Shown: positions 47,725-57,756 of the stretch, piece by piece
Layout: every line of letters starts with the position of its first letter
How positions within the stretch are numbered: the first letter of the stretch is position 1
Source of the DNA: Elusimicrobiota bacterium
Lineage (GTDB): Bacteria > Elusimicrobiota > Elusimicrobia > F11
Length of the DNA: 64,000 nucleotides
Assembly: GCA_044221725.1 (NCBI GenBank)
Contig: JBGAON010000005.1
Location: 96,001-160,000, forward strand
Direction: 5' to 3'
The notes under the pieces: model-generated
Databases searched by the model: none
Told to the model about the DNA's origin: nothing
The model's input: only the letters and a program-made list of their open reading frames with translations
Position numbers and translations under genes: made by a program

Positions 47725-50700
47725 ATGCCGACTCCATCCCTAGCCAAACCCAGCAAAATCAAAAAAGGTCTTAAGATTGCACCACGGTTCTGTCCAACCG
47801 GTGTTGATCCGTTCGATGTCATTGAATGGGAGCAACGCAGTTCGATTATTTCGAACCCGGACGGCTCTGTTGTATTCAAAATGGAGAACGCGCGTATTCC
47901 GCGCGGCTGGTCGCAAGTGGCGACCGACATTTTGGCGCAAAAATATTTCCGCCGTGCCGGCGTTCCGGTCGCTTTGAAGAAAGTTGCCGAATCCGATGTT
48001 CCCGAGTGGTTGCAGCGTTCGGTTCCGGATACGGCCGAACTGTCCAAGCTTCCCGAAAGCCAACGCTTCACCGGTGAATCGGACGCCGCGCAGGTGTTCA
48101 ACCGGTTGGCCGGATGCTGGACCTATTGGGGCTACAAATACGGCTATTTCGCGTCCGAAGAGGATGCTCGCTCCTATTATAATGAGATGGTGGTGATGTT
48201 GGCCCGCCAAGTCGCCGCTCCGAATTCCCCGCAGTGGTTTAACACCGGTCTCAATTGGGCCTACGGAATTGAAGGACCGGCCCAAGGTCATTATTTCGTC
48301 GACCCGGCCACGAGCCACATGCTTCGTTCGACGAATGCTTACGAACATCCGCAGCCACACGCATGCTTTATCCAATCGGTCTCCGACGATTTGGTGAACG
48401 AAGGTGGCATCATGGATCTGTGGGTGCGCGAGGCGCGCATCTTTAAGTACGGTTCCGGCACCGGTTCGAATTTTTCGTCGATCCGTGGTGTGGGGGAGCC
48501 GCTAAGCGGCGGAGGAAAGTCCTCGGGCCTAATGTCGTTCTTGCGTATTGGTGACCGTGCGGCGGGCGCCATCAAATCCGGCGGCACCACGCGGCGCGCC
48601 GCAAAAATGGTGACGCTCGACGTCGACCACCCGGATGTCGAGGAATATATTAATTGGAAGGTCGTTGAAGAGCAGAAGGTTGCCGCGCTCGTGACCGGTT
48701 CCAAGCTCTGCGAAAAACATCTAAACGAAATCATCAAAGCCGCGCACGCGTGGCCCGAAGGGAAAGAGAAATTTGACCGCAAAAAGAATACGCGGCTTTC
48801 CGCCGCCATCCGCGCCGCGGCGGGTGCCTGCGTACCTGCCAATTATGTGGAGCGCGCGCTGCAGCTGGCGCAACAGGGTGTGACCGGCATCAAATTCCCG
48901 GTGTACAACACCGACTGGAACTCCGATGCGTACGTGACCGTGTCCGGACAGAATTCGAACAACTCGCTGCGCGTGACGAACGCCTTCATGGAAGCCGTGG
49001 AAAAAGGCGGCGAGTGGCAGCTCGTGTGGCGCACCGAAAAAGCGAAAGCCGCCCGCGAAGGCCGCGAGCCGAACCCGTGCAAAACAGTGGACGCCCGCGA
49101 ACTGTGGGAACAAATCACTTACGCGGCCTGGGGCTGCGCTGATCCGGGTCTTCAGTACGACACAACGATCAACGAATGGCACACCTGTCCCGAAGATGGT
49201 CGCATTAACGCGTCCAACCCTTGCAGCGAATACATGTTCTTGGACGACACCGCCTGCAACTTGGCGTCGCTCAATCTCATGAAATTCCACGACGAGACCA
49301 CGGGCCAGTTCAATATTGAACTTTATCGCCACGCCAACCGGTTGTGGACGATCACGCTCGAGATCAGTGTGCTCATGGCGCAGTTCCCGAGCGAAGCGAT
49401 CGCCCAAAAGTCGTACGACTTCCGCACATTGGGCCTTGGTTACGCAAACTTGGGCGCGTACTTGATGGTGAACGGCATTCCATACGACTCGAAACAGGCG
49501 CTTGCCATTTGCGGTGCGCTCACAGCGATCATGCACTGCGTGGCCTATGCCACCTCCGCGGAAATGGCGCAAGTAAAAGGTCCGTTCCCACGTTACTTTG
49601 CCAATCGCGAGGCGATGCTCAAAGTTATCCGCAACCATCGTCGCGCCGCTTACAACGTGCCTCAGGAAGAGTATGAAGGCTTGACCGTTAAACCGATGCC
49701 GATTGATCCGGCGAATTGCCCAGCGGACATGTTAAAAGCCGCTCGCGAAGATGCCGATCAAATGCTCGCGCTCGGTGAGCTGTACGGTTATCGGAACGCG
49801 CAGGTGACGGTTATTGCTCCGACCGGCACCATCGGTCTTGTAATGGACTGCGACACCACCGGCATCGAGCCAGACTTCGCTCTCGTGAAATTTAAAAAGC
49901 TCGCGGGCGGTGGATATTTCAAAATTATTAATAGCTCCATTCCGCCGGCGCTTCGCAAACTCGGTTACACCACGCCACAGATTGAAGCGATTGTTCAATA
50001 TTGCCGTGGCGCCGGTTCCATTAAAGGCGCGCCGCACATCAATCCGGAATCGCTGAAAGCAAAGGGATTCACGGACGAGGTTCTCAAGAAAATTGACGAC
50101 TCTCTGCCGCAGGCGTTCGACATTAACTTCGTGTTCAACAAATTCTCCCTCGGCGAGGAATTCTGCACGAAGACGCTTGGTATTTCCGAGGCGCAGCTCA
50201 ACGATTGGACATTCAACATGCTCAAGTTCTTGGGCTTCACCGGCGAACAAATTGCCGAAGCGAACGCCTATGTGTGCGGCACGATGATGCTGGAAGGTGC
50301 GCCGCACTTGAAAGAGGAGCATTTGGCTGTGTTCGATTGCGCGAACAAGTGCGGAACGAAAGGCAAACGCTTCATTGCTCCGCTCGCGCACATTGGAATG
50401 ATGGGCGCCGCGCAACCGTTTATCTCGGGTGCGATCTCAAAGACAATTAATTTTCCAGCCGAGGCGACGATCGACGACATCAAAGACGCGTACATGAAGT
50501 CGTGGCGTTACATGATCAAAGCGAACGCGCTGTACCGCGACGGTTCGAAACTCAGCCAGCCGCTGAACACCGCATCGGATTCGCAAGACGACGGTGCGGC
50601 CGCGCAAGAGCCGGTAGCATCCACGCCTCTGCAAATGGCCGAAAAGATTGTTCATCGCTACATTGCGAAACGCCGCCGGCTTCCGGATCGTCGTGCGGGC

Positions 50701-51492
50701 TACACACAGAAAGCAAAAATTGGCGGCCACACGGTTTATATTCGCACCGGCGAATACGAGGGTGGCGAGCTCGGCGAACTGTTCCTCGATATGCACAAGG
50801 AAGGTGCCGCGTTCCGCAGCCTCATGAACTGTTTCGCGATCGCGGTTTCGCTCGGTCTTCAACACGGCGTTCCGCTCGAAGAATTCGTCGAAGCCTTTGT
50901 GTTCACGCGGTTCGAACCGAACGGCATGGTGAACGGCAACCCGCGCATCAAAATGTCCACGTCGATTATCGATTACATCTTCCGCGAACTCGCGATCACG
51001 TACTTGGATCGCCAAGACCTGGCGCAGGTTCAACTCGAAGACATTCGCGTCGATTCCGTCACGAAAGGTGTGGAGTTTGAATCCGAAGAAGTAATGTTCG
51101 AACGCGTGGTTCCGTTCCGCGAACCGTCGCCGTTTAAATTCACAACGCCGCGCTCGGGTCACGTTGAAAACGACAACGTCGAGAAACTCGATATTTCAAA
51201 ACCGAAGTCCGACGAGCCGGTGCCAACAACGCCGCGCTTGGGCACCGTCGCTGCCACCGCCTCACCGGTGGTCAAAGAAGGAACAACGGTCGCCGGATTT
51301 GTGGCCTCGGTCCCGGTGCAGTTGTCGTCCGCGGCGCGCCCCGGCAAATCCGACTCCGCCCGCCGCATGCACGAAGCGAAGCTCAAAGGCTACGAAGGCG
51401 ACCCCTGCCGCGAATGCGGTCAGTTCACAATGGTGCGAAACGGCACGTGCCTCAAATGCAACACCTGCGGCGCCACCTCCGGCTGCTCGTAA
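47725..51492 (+). CDS. nrdJ: Vitamin B12-dependent (class II) ribonucleotide reductase
   Basis: [38 protein letters not shown]-terminal CxxC...CxxC; SD GAGGTGA favours ATG 47725. Confidence 0.96.
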   Translation: MPTPSLAKPSKIKKGLKIAPRFCPTGVDPFDVIEWEQRSSIISNPDGSVVFKMENARIPRGWSQVATDILAQKYFRRAGVPVALKKVAESDVPEWLQRSVPDTAELSKLPESQRFTGESDAAQVFNRLAGCWTYWGYKYGYFASEEDARSYYNEMVVMLARQVAAPNSPQWFNTGLNWAYGIEGPAQGHYFVDPATSHMLRSTNAYEHPQPHACFIQSVSDDLVNEGGIMDLWVREARIFKYGSGTGSNFSSIRGVGEPLSGGGKSSGLMSFLRIGDRAAGAIKSGGTTRRAAKMVTLDVDHPDVEEYINWKVVEEQKVAALVTGSKLCEKHLNEIIKAAHAWPEGKEKFDRKKNTRLSAAIRAAAGACVPANYVERALQLAQQGVTGIKFPVYNTDWNSDAYVTVSGQNSNNSLRVTNAFMEAVEKGGEWQLVWRTEKAKAAREGREPNPCKTVDARELWEQITYAAWGCADPGLQYDTTINEWHTCPEDGRINASNPCSEYMFLDDTACNLASLNLMKFHDETTGQFNIELYRHANRLWTITLEISVLMAQFPSEAIAQKSYDFRTLGLGYANLGAYLMVNGIPYDSKQALAICGALTAIMHCVAYATSAEMAQVKGPFPRYFANREAMLKVIRNHRRAAYNVPQEEYEGLTVKPMPIDPANCPADMLKAAREDADQMLALGELYGYRNAQVTVIAPTGTIGLVMDCDTTGIEPDFALVKFKKLAGGGYFKIINSSIPPALRKLGYTTPQIEAIVQYCRGAGSIKGAPHINPESLKAKGFTDEVLKKIDDSLPQAFDINFVFNKFSLGEEFCTKTLGISEAQLNDWTFNMLKFLGFTGEQIAEANAYVCGTMMLEGAPHLKEEHLAVFDCANKCGTKGKRFIAPLAHIGMMGAAQPFISGAISKTINFPAEATIDDIKDAYMKSWRYMIKANALYRDGSKLSQPLNTASDSQDDGAAAQEPVASTPLQMAEKIVHRYIAKRRRLPDRRAGYTQKAKIGGHTVYIRTGEYEGGELGELFLDMHKEGAAFRSLMNCFAIAVSLGLQHGVPLEEFVEAFVFTRFEPNGMVNGNPRIKMSTSIIDYIFRELAITYLDRQDLAQVQLEDIRVDSVTKGVEFESEEVMFERVVPFREPSPFKFTTPRSGHVENDNVEKLDISKPKSDEPVPTTPRLGTVAATASPVVKEGTTVAGFVASVPVQLSSAARPGKSDSARRMHEAKLKGYEGDPCRECGQFTMVRNGTCLKCNTCGATSGCS

Positions 51493-51520
51493 GTTAGACC
51501 GGTCTTCAATCTTAAAAGAC

Positions 51521-51560
51521 AACGCCCTCCGCATGGGTTCATGCGGAGGGCGTTTTGTTT
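51521..51560 (+). terminator. Rho-independent terminator
   Basis: AACGCCCTCCGCATG-GGTT-CATGCGGAGGGCGTT followed by T-rich tail. Confidence 0.9.
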
Positions 51561-51747
51561 ATTACGTCGCGGGTATTATTTTGCTGTTCAACCAATTATC
51601 CAAACAACAGTTTCCTCAAAGATTTAATTCGGGAGTTCCCCTCGTTTCTCGACGGTATTTTCGCTGCATTTTCGGATGCAATTTATCACGGAGCAACGAC
51701 GTGAATTGATGTAGCAAGTAAAAAGTTCGGTTATAAATTTAACTTGT

Positions 51748-52571
51748 ATGCGTGACTTGCGAACCAAACAAGCGATCAAATGTTTAAGCCAACGTCGCTT
51801 CTCATTCAATCGTTGGTCGCGCGGAACGACGCTCGTCGAGCTCATGCTCGCTGTTGCTATTTTGAGCATTATTGGTTTGGGGCTCGTCGGTACATTTGGC
51901 AGCGTCGGCAGAGCCATTCAATTTTCAAAAAACCGAACGCTCGCTTCAAACTTGGCGCAGGAAAAAATTCAGATTCTAAAAGAACAAAGTTTCAATAGAG
52001 TTCTTGTCACGACAGCTCCCGCTTATTTAACCGCCTTTAGTCCTGCGGTGCCTTATGATCAGGGTTATTACACTCCCGAATCGATTTTGGAAGGAGGCAA
52101 AAACTTCACGCGCTACACCTATGTTGAAGTGACCGACGAAAACAGTGGTTCTCTGGTTTATTCTGGAGCCGCTCCTGATACGGGAATGAAAGCCATAACG
52201 GTGACCGTAACATGGTCGGAAGGAACCAGCAGCAAAAAACTCCAAATAAGAAACATTCTTGGAAATATCAACATGAGAATGAACAACTCAATTGTTAAAG
52301 GAGTTGTTACCCGATTTGGCACCGCCACCGGAATTCAGGGTGCGCTTGTAACCATGGCCGAAAATGTAGGTTACCAGGATTACACGGACGCGAGTGGAAA
52401 TTACCTTATCAATTTACTTCCCGGGACTTACACGATGAATGTTACCGCCAAAGGTTATTTTCCCGCCTATATGACACTTTCCGTTTCTCCGACAGCTATC
52501 AATCAACCAATTTCTTTGGTGGCGATGGGCTCTGGCACCGTGCAAGGAACCGCGTGGATAAACGATCACTT
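51748..52571 (+). pseudogene. 5' part of IS-interrupted large pilin-like adhesin
   Basis: Class III signal RG|TTLVELMLAVAILSII; carboxypeptidase-regulatory-like beta domain; frame broken at the IS. Confidence 0.85.
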
Positions 52572-53976
52572 CCGTCAATCCTTTTTTCAGTTGGAATTGC
52601 CCATGGCTCTCAAGCCGCCATCAATAATTCCGCTTGTTGATTTTGCTGATTCATCCGTTGCATCGCCAGTCGTAACATCGGCAGCGAACGATACCCTTTA
52701 ACCTTTCGCAGCTTTGGTTCGACCGTTATTAGAACTGTTCCCAACCATCGCTGCCGTTGATCAGAATTTTTCCAGTGACAGACTCGATTGGTTTTTGTTT
52801 CCACCAATTTGTTCACGTTTTCAATTACGTTCGTCGTTTTGAAACTGATGCCAAGCTGCTCAAAGATCCCAAGTTTCTGCAGCATTAGCGTGTCTTCGAA
52901 TCCTTCGTCGAGGCTATTGGCTGCAGAAACATTTACCCGTGACAGCTCGGTTCGAATTTCTTTGAGTGCATTCTTGGCTTGCGTGTACGAACTCGTCTCA
53001 TAAGCAACCTGTAGTTTTGGCCGGAAATAATTTTTGTCCGTCTCGCTCAAGTACGACAACACATCCTCGCGCTTGTGCCACGTGCACCGTTGGACAAACG
53101 CCGTGTCCGGGAATTCGTCATCCACACCTTTGCGGATTCCTTTGCTTCCGTCCATGACGAACAGAATCTCTTTGTCCACACGAAGTCCACGCGCCTTCAA
53201 CCCTTGAAAGAATTGTCGAATGACGCGGTGGTTCTCCGAACTCGTCTCTACAAACCCGAGAACCACTTTGTCGCCGGTCAGCGTGATCCCGACGGCGATC
53301 ACCATCTCCTTCTCACGCGAGAACGCTTTGCCGTCGATAAAAATCGCGATGATGTCGTAACTCGACAAGTTGCGTTCTTGCAGCGCACGTAGTTTCTTGG
53401 CAGACGAGCGGATCCACCGCCGGCTCACGCTGTTGCGCTTCAGTCCCATCGTTTGCGCGATCTGTAAGGCCGATTCCTCGTAATTGCCGGCGCTGATCCC
53501 ATGAATCATTCGCGACAGCGTCACCGCCTCGATTGTTGTCGGCTCCTGCAGCGCCGCATAACTCATTAGCGGTATTTCCTCGCCTGTCTTTTTGTTCCGA
53601 ACACGCGGAACCAGCGTCCTCACTTTCTGGTCGTACATGTACACCGATCCAGCGTTGAAGCCGTGTCGTCCATTTTCATGACCTCGATTGTGATAGCGAG
53701 GTCCCGCCAACTTGAAAACTTCCGCTTGCAGTTTTTCTTTCACTGCGTTCAACCCCAACGGAATCAATGCTTGGATCATCGCTATCTTTGCCGTCTCTTC
53801 TGGATTTTCTTGCCGCAATTGCTCTCGCAGCATTTCTTTCTTCTTGATGCGTATACCTGGATTTTTTACTGTCATCTTCACCTGTGGCCTCCTTTCGGCT
53901 CTATGATTTCTCGTCGAAACCATTAAAGCGTCTGTGAGGTCATGGGTCAAATTTCAACTGAATTTAGGAAACCGCC
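52572..53976 (-). mobile_element. IS256-family insertion sequence (1405 bp) with 9-bp target duplication CGATCACTT (52563-52571, 53977-53985)
   Basis: Direct repeat on both sides; imperfect inverted repeats TCCT...TTCAGTTG.AATT...CCCATG; transposase inside. Confidence 0.93.
52610..53881 (-). CDS. IS256/Mutator-family DDE transposase
   Basis: IFIDGK, FVMDGSKG, QRCTWHK (CxxH), TTNVIENVN; SD AGGAGG before GTG 53881. Confidence 0.93.
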   Translation of the reverse strand: MKMTVKNPGIRIKKKEMLREQLRQENPEETAKIAMIQALIPLGLNAVKEKLQAEVFKLAGPRYHNRGHENGRHGFNAGSVYMYDQKVRTLVPRVRNKKTGEEIPLMSYAALQEPTTIEAVTLSRMIHGISAGNYEESALQIAQTMGLKRNSVSRRWIRSSAKKLRALQERNLSSYDIIAIFIDGKAFSREKEMVIAVGITLTGDKVVLGFVETSSENHRVIRQFFQGLKARGLRVDKEILFVMDGSKGIRKGVDDEFPDTAFVQRCTWHKREDVLSYLSETDKNYFRPKLQVAYETSSYTQAKNALKEIRTELSRVNVSAANSLDEGFEDTLMLQKLGIFEQLGISFKTTNVIENVNKLVETKTNRVCHWKNSDQRQRWLGTVLITVEPKLRKVKGYRSLPMLRLAMQRMNQQNQQAELLMAA

Positions 53977-55759
53977 CGATCACTTGGTGATTAGCCAAGT
54001 TGTTGGAAACTCCATTAGTCCTTCTGGTTTTAATCAAGAATGGGTGGAAGTTTTTAATCCCACCACATGGACGTGGACTGCGTCGAATGTCGGACTTAAA
54101 TTCCAACGCGCGCCCAGCATCGATCCTGTCCCCGTCAACATTGCGATTAACTACGTTTCTGCGTCCATCGCGCCGGGCCAATTTTATTTGTTTGCAAACA
54201 CAACCACGATCACGGCCTCCGGGGCACCGGTGAGCGCGGATGCGACTTGGAGTTTAACGGCTGGCACCAACGACACCGCTTTTAATCCACGGTTCAGTGC
54301 AGCGAGTCCCAACATCATCACTACCTACGAAGATTCAAGTGCGTGGGGGAGAGGAAGCCTGATACTTTACAATGTCGCCAACGGATACACATTGGACATG
54401 ATGGGATGGAAAGGCGATGGTTCTCAGTCTCCTCCTCTTTACGAAGGAAGCCCCATGACGCAAGTTCAGGGACTGAATGATAGCGAGCAGTATTTCCGTC
54501 TTTCGAGTACGAGTGGTTATAACCCGGCTTATGGGCCGGCCTATGACTCAGGAAATAACGATGTGGATTTCGGGGCATTGAGTTCGGTGGGGTGGTTACC
54601 GAAAAATACACTTACAGCGACGGTTCCAATTGTTTCTGGTGTCCCAGCGATAGGCGCTTTTGTGACAGCGACGGATGGTCTTTCGCAAGTAGCCAATGCC
54701 AGTTCTTTCGGGAATCCTCCTTGCGCGCGGTTCCAATTAACATCGGTGGCAACGGGAACGTGGGTCGTATTCATCGCGAGCTCCAATGTATTCATGGAAA
54801 TCTCGTCCGTTACTGTTTCGCCGAACGCCACGACGTATATTCCGAATGCCACAACGTCTCCTTCATGGCCCGCTAACGGATACAACGCGGTTGTTCTTTC
54901 ATCGGCAGCGACCCAAGGATATGTTACGGGAACCGTGTTAAGCGCGATGGGCATCCCTATCAGTCCGTCCATCACGGTGAGTGCCAATGCTCTGACCGCC
55001 CAAGCAAACACTTCGAACGGGTCTTATCTTTTGCCTGTTCCGCCAGGCACTTATAACGTCATGGCCAATGCTCTCAATCAGAATTCACTTTACGTATACG
55101 ATTCGTCGGAAAGCGTTGTGGTCGCGTTGGGAGAGGTTACGTCAAATGTCAATTTCACTTTGACCCAAGGTGGAAAGATTCGCGGGTTCTGCACCCGAGA
55201 TGGCACAAACGCCCTGCCGGGAATTGTGTTTACCGCAGTAAATGCCGGTGGGGCCACAATCGATCAAGAAGTTTCGGGAAGCGATGGCAGGTATTTGCTG
55301 CAAAATCTATCGACGGGAACCTACACGGTTACTCCGACATTGGATTCCGGAGAAGTGGCATCGCCGACCAGTTCGGCCGTTACCGTAACGGCGGGCGCTG
55401 TTGTTTCGGCTGCCACGTTCACCATCACGGGAGCATTTGGAAGTGTGGCGGGCAGCGTGACCGATGCGGGAGCGGCCATAAAAACAGGCGTTGTTATCGT
55501 TTGTTCGACAATGACATTGTCCAGCGGGCCACCGCGTTTGAGTTCAAGCACGTTGACCACTGCGGCGATCTATGTGAGCAACAGCTATGAAGATGGAACC
55601 TATGCGATGGATGTTCGGGGCAGCACAAACACCACGTACGTTTTGTACGCGTATTACCCCAAATCCAATGGAATGGGATTTACCGTGAGCTCCCGCACGG
55701 TGACCAATGTTTCTATCACGCCGGGCGTGCGAACATCGGGAGTCAATTTTGCTTTCTGA
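53977..55759 (+). pseudogene. 3' part of interrupted pilin-like adhesin (lamin-tail-like domain plus Ser/Thr-rich beta-sandwich repeats)
   Basis: DHLVISQV...EWVEVFNPT (LTD-like); repeated G.Y.L....GTY.V motifs; joins the 5' part in frame when the IS and one TSD are removed. Confidence 0.85.
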
Positions 55760-56252
55760 TTTTAAAAGAAATCGGCATGGAACGACCCTGCTCGAGATCA
55801 CGATTGTGGTCGCTATCATGGGTGTGTTGGTGATGATTGCGCCGAATTTGTATCGGCAGGTTCGAAAATTTTTTTTCCTTAATAACGCACGTATCGATCT
55901 TCAACGCGAAGCGCGCACCGTCATGGAACTCGTCACGCGACGTTTGCGGCAAGCGCAGCCAACAACGTTGGTGATGGATCAAGTAAGTGGACAGCCTTAT
56001 TATTCGCGAATTGCCTTTACGGATATCGATTCAAAAGCCACGGTCTATTATCAAAACGGTAAAAATCTCATGATGGTCGTGAATGGTTCGACATCGACGT
56101 TGACTGCGAACTTACGTTATCTCGCATTTGCTTTGCCCCGGTCGGATGATATGGGCATTGTTTCTGTTTCAATCACACTTGAGAAAACAATCTATCAAGG
56201 TCAAACGAAGGCTCTGCACATGGCTTCAGAAAAAGTTCGGGTGATGAATTAA
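55749..56252 (+). CDS. Minor pilin/pseudopilin (PilW/GspJ-like)
   Basis: RHG|TTLLEITIVVAIMGVL prepilin motif; TTG start after GGGAG. Confidence 0.85.
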   Translation: MLSDFKRNRHGTTLLEITIVVAIMGVLVMIAPNLYRQVRKFFFLNNARIDLQREARTVMELVTRRLRQAQPTTLVMDQVSGQPYYSRIAFTDIDSKATVYYQNGKNLMMVVNGSTSTLTANLRYLAFALPRSDDMGIVSVSITLEKTIYQGQTKALHMASEKVRVMN

Positions 56253-57667
56253 TGAGAGACAAATCGAAAGGATTTGCGCTGCCGATTGTTTTGGCGATTC
56301 TGTTGGTTTTCATGGTTCTGCTTCCGGCCATTGTTATGTTTACGCAACAGGACACGAAAATGTCGGTGAAGACAATAAAAACAAGCCTGGCCTTTAACCT
56401 TGCCGAAGCAGGAATTGATAGAGGCATGTGGAAGCTAAAAAGTTCATCATCCACTTTCGCCGCCGCGTTGAACGGAACCGCTGTAACCGGTTACAACTTT
56501 GATTCAACTTACACGGACGTTCCAGGGGGCAAATACCGCATTAAATTTTCTTCAGGTCCCGCGTCCAAGCAAGTAACAATTTGGGCCGAAGGACGCGACA
56601 CCGCCGGAAATCAAACCCGGTCCATCAAAGAAGTTGTACAGAATCAGACGATCTACAGTGCGTTGATGGCGGGTGGAAATATATCGTGGGCCAAAGGCTT
56701 GTGTGTCTATTGGGGACCCATCATGTCACAAGGAGATCTCACGCTAGCCGACGACAGCGTTGCGGGTTGGTATTTCCCATTAAAATACGCGAAGGGCACC
56801 GTGATAGGGACGGCCACAAACCCGAGAGACACGAACAGTTTGACGCCACCCAACACGGACAACACGGAGTGGTGGTCCGAATACGACGGTGTTCCCGATG
56901 TTCCTGTTCTTGATTTTGCTGCGCTGCGATCTTCTGCCGCCGCGACCGGTACGTTAAATGTGTACGGATGTCGTTCCACTCAGGGCGGTGCCGGCACGAA
57001 TAATAGTGCGACCGCGTGGGACACACGTGCCTCTTGCTCGTCGGCCGGCGCTCATGCCACCCATTTCGGTAACTCGTGGTGCCATCCGAAATCGGCGCGC
57101 AACACTCCCTCCACGAATTATGTTTGGTATTGGGATGGAGATGTCACATTGAGCGGCGCTTGGTGTGGTTCAAGTCCTTGCAATCAAAGCACGGGATTAA
57201 GAGGCACTTTTATTGTTCGCGGCAATCTCACAATTGATACACCGGGCGAATACAATTACACGGGCAATGTGCCTACGAACGCATGGCAGCAAGAAAACAA
57301 ATTAACGAAAACGACGTTCGACAGTTCGTCGGCCTCCGAATATCCGGGAGATCTCGGGCTTCATAACAGCAAAGCCACGTATGCTTTCGGCACGGATAGC
57401 TGGTGTCAACCTCTATCCGGTTGCGGATGGCGAGCCACCGTCGGTCTTAGAGGGTTTACCTATGTCGGCGGGAACCTAACCATTCTCCAATACCTTGATT
57501 TCAATGGAGCGGTGTGGGTGAATGGAACGGTAACGGCAAGCGGAGGGACCTCCACCACTTTTTGCACCGTATTTTACGACGATACGTTAACGGTGCCGGC
57601 CCTTAATGTAATTCTCATTCGTGTATCATGGAACGAAGTGGCTCCGAGTTCCACTGTCTGGAACTGA
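56252..57667 (+). CDS. PilX/GspK-like minor pilin with Cys-rich C-terminal domain
   Basis: KG|FALPIVL (no E5), AFNLAEAGI motif. Confidence 0.82.
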   Translation: MRDKSKGFALPIVLAILLVFMVLLPAIVMFTQQDTKMSVKTIKTSLAFNLAEAGIDRGMWKLKSSSSTFAAALNGTAVTGYNFDSTYTDVPGGKYRIKFSSGPASKQVTIWAEGRDTAGNQTRSIKEVVQNQTIYSALMAGGNISWAKGLCVYWGPIMSQGDLTLADDSVAGWYFPLKYAKGTVIGTATNPRDTNSLTPPNTDNTEWWSEYDGVPDVPVLDFAALRSSAAATGTLNVYGCRSTQGGAGTNNSATAWDTRASCSSAGAHATHFGNSWCHPKSARNTPSTNYVWYWDGDVTLSGAWCGSSPCNQSTGLRGTFIVRGNLTIDTPGEYNYTGNVPTNAWQQENKLTKTTFDSSSASEYPGDLGLHNSKATYAFGTDSWCQPLSGCGWRATVGLRGFTYVGGNLTILQYLDFNGAVWVNGTVTASGGTSTTFCTVFYDDTLTVPALNVILIRVSWNEVAPSSTVWN

Positions 57668-57756
57668 CCTGCGACCATACGAGCAGCGGAAAGTTGTTAC
57701 AACAAATTTGCAAGTCCTTAAGATTGGCTTAAGACAGCTCTTGTCTAATAGAAATT

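Noticed and set aside
47725..51492. Intein or intron in nrdJ
   Set aside because: No intein splice motifs or homing endonuclease signature seen; the length is explained by the long NrdJ form and a low-complexity linker.
52572..52701. C-terminal 40 or so residues of the 317-aa ORF 51748-52701
   Set aside because: Read-through into IS sequence, antisense to the transposase.
53942..55759. Independent 605-aa gene starting at ATG 53942
   Set aside because: The ATG lies inside the IS end. The downstream sequence is the continuation of the gene starting at 51748.
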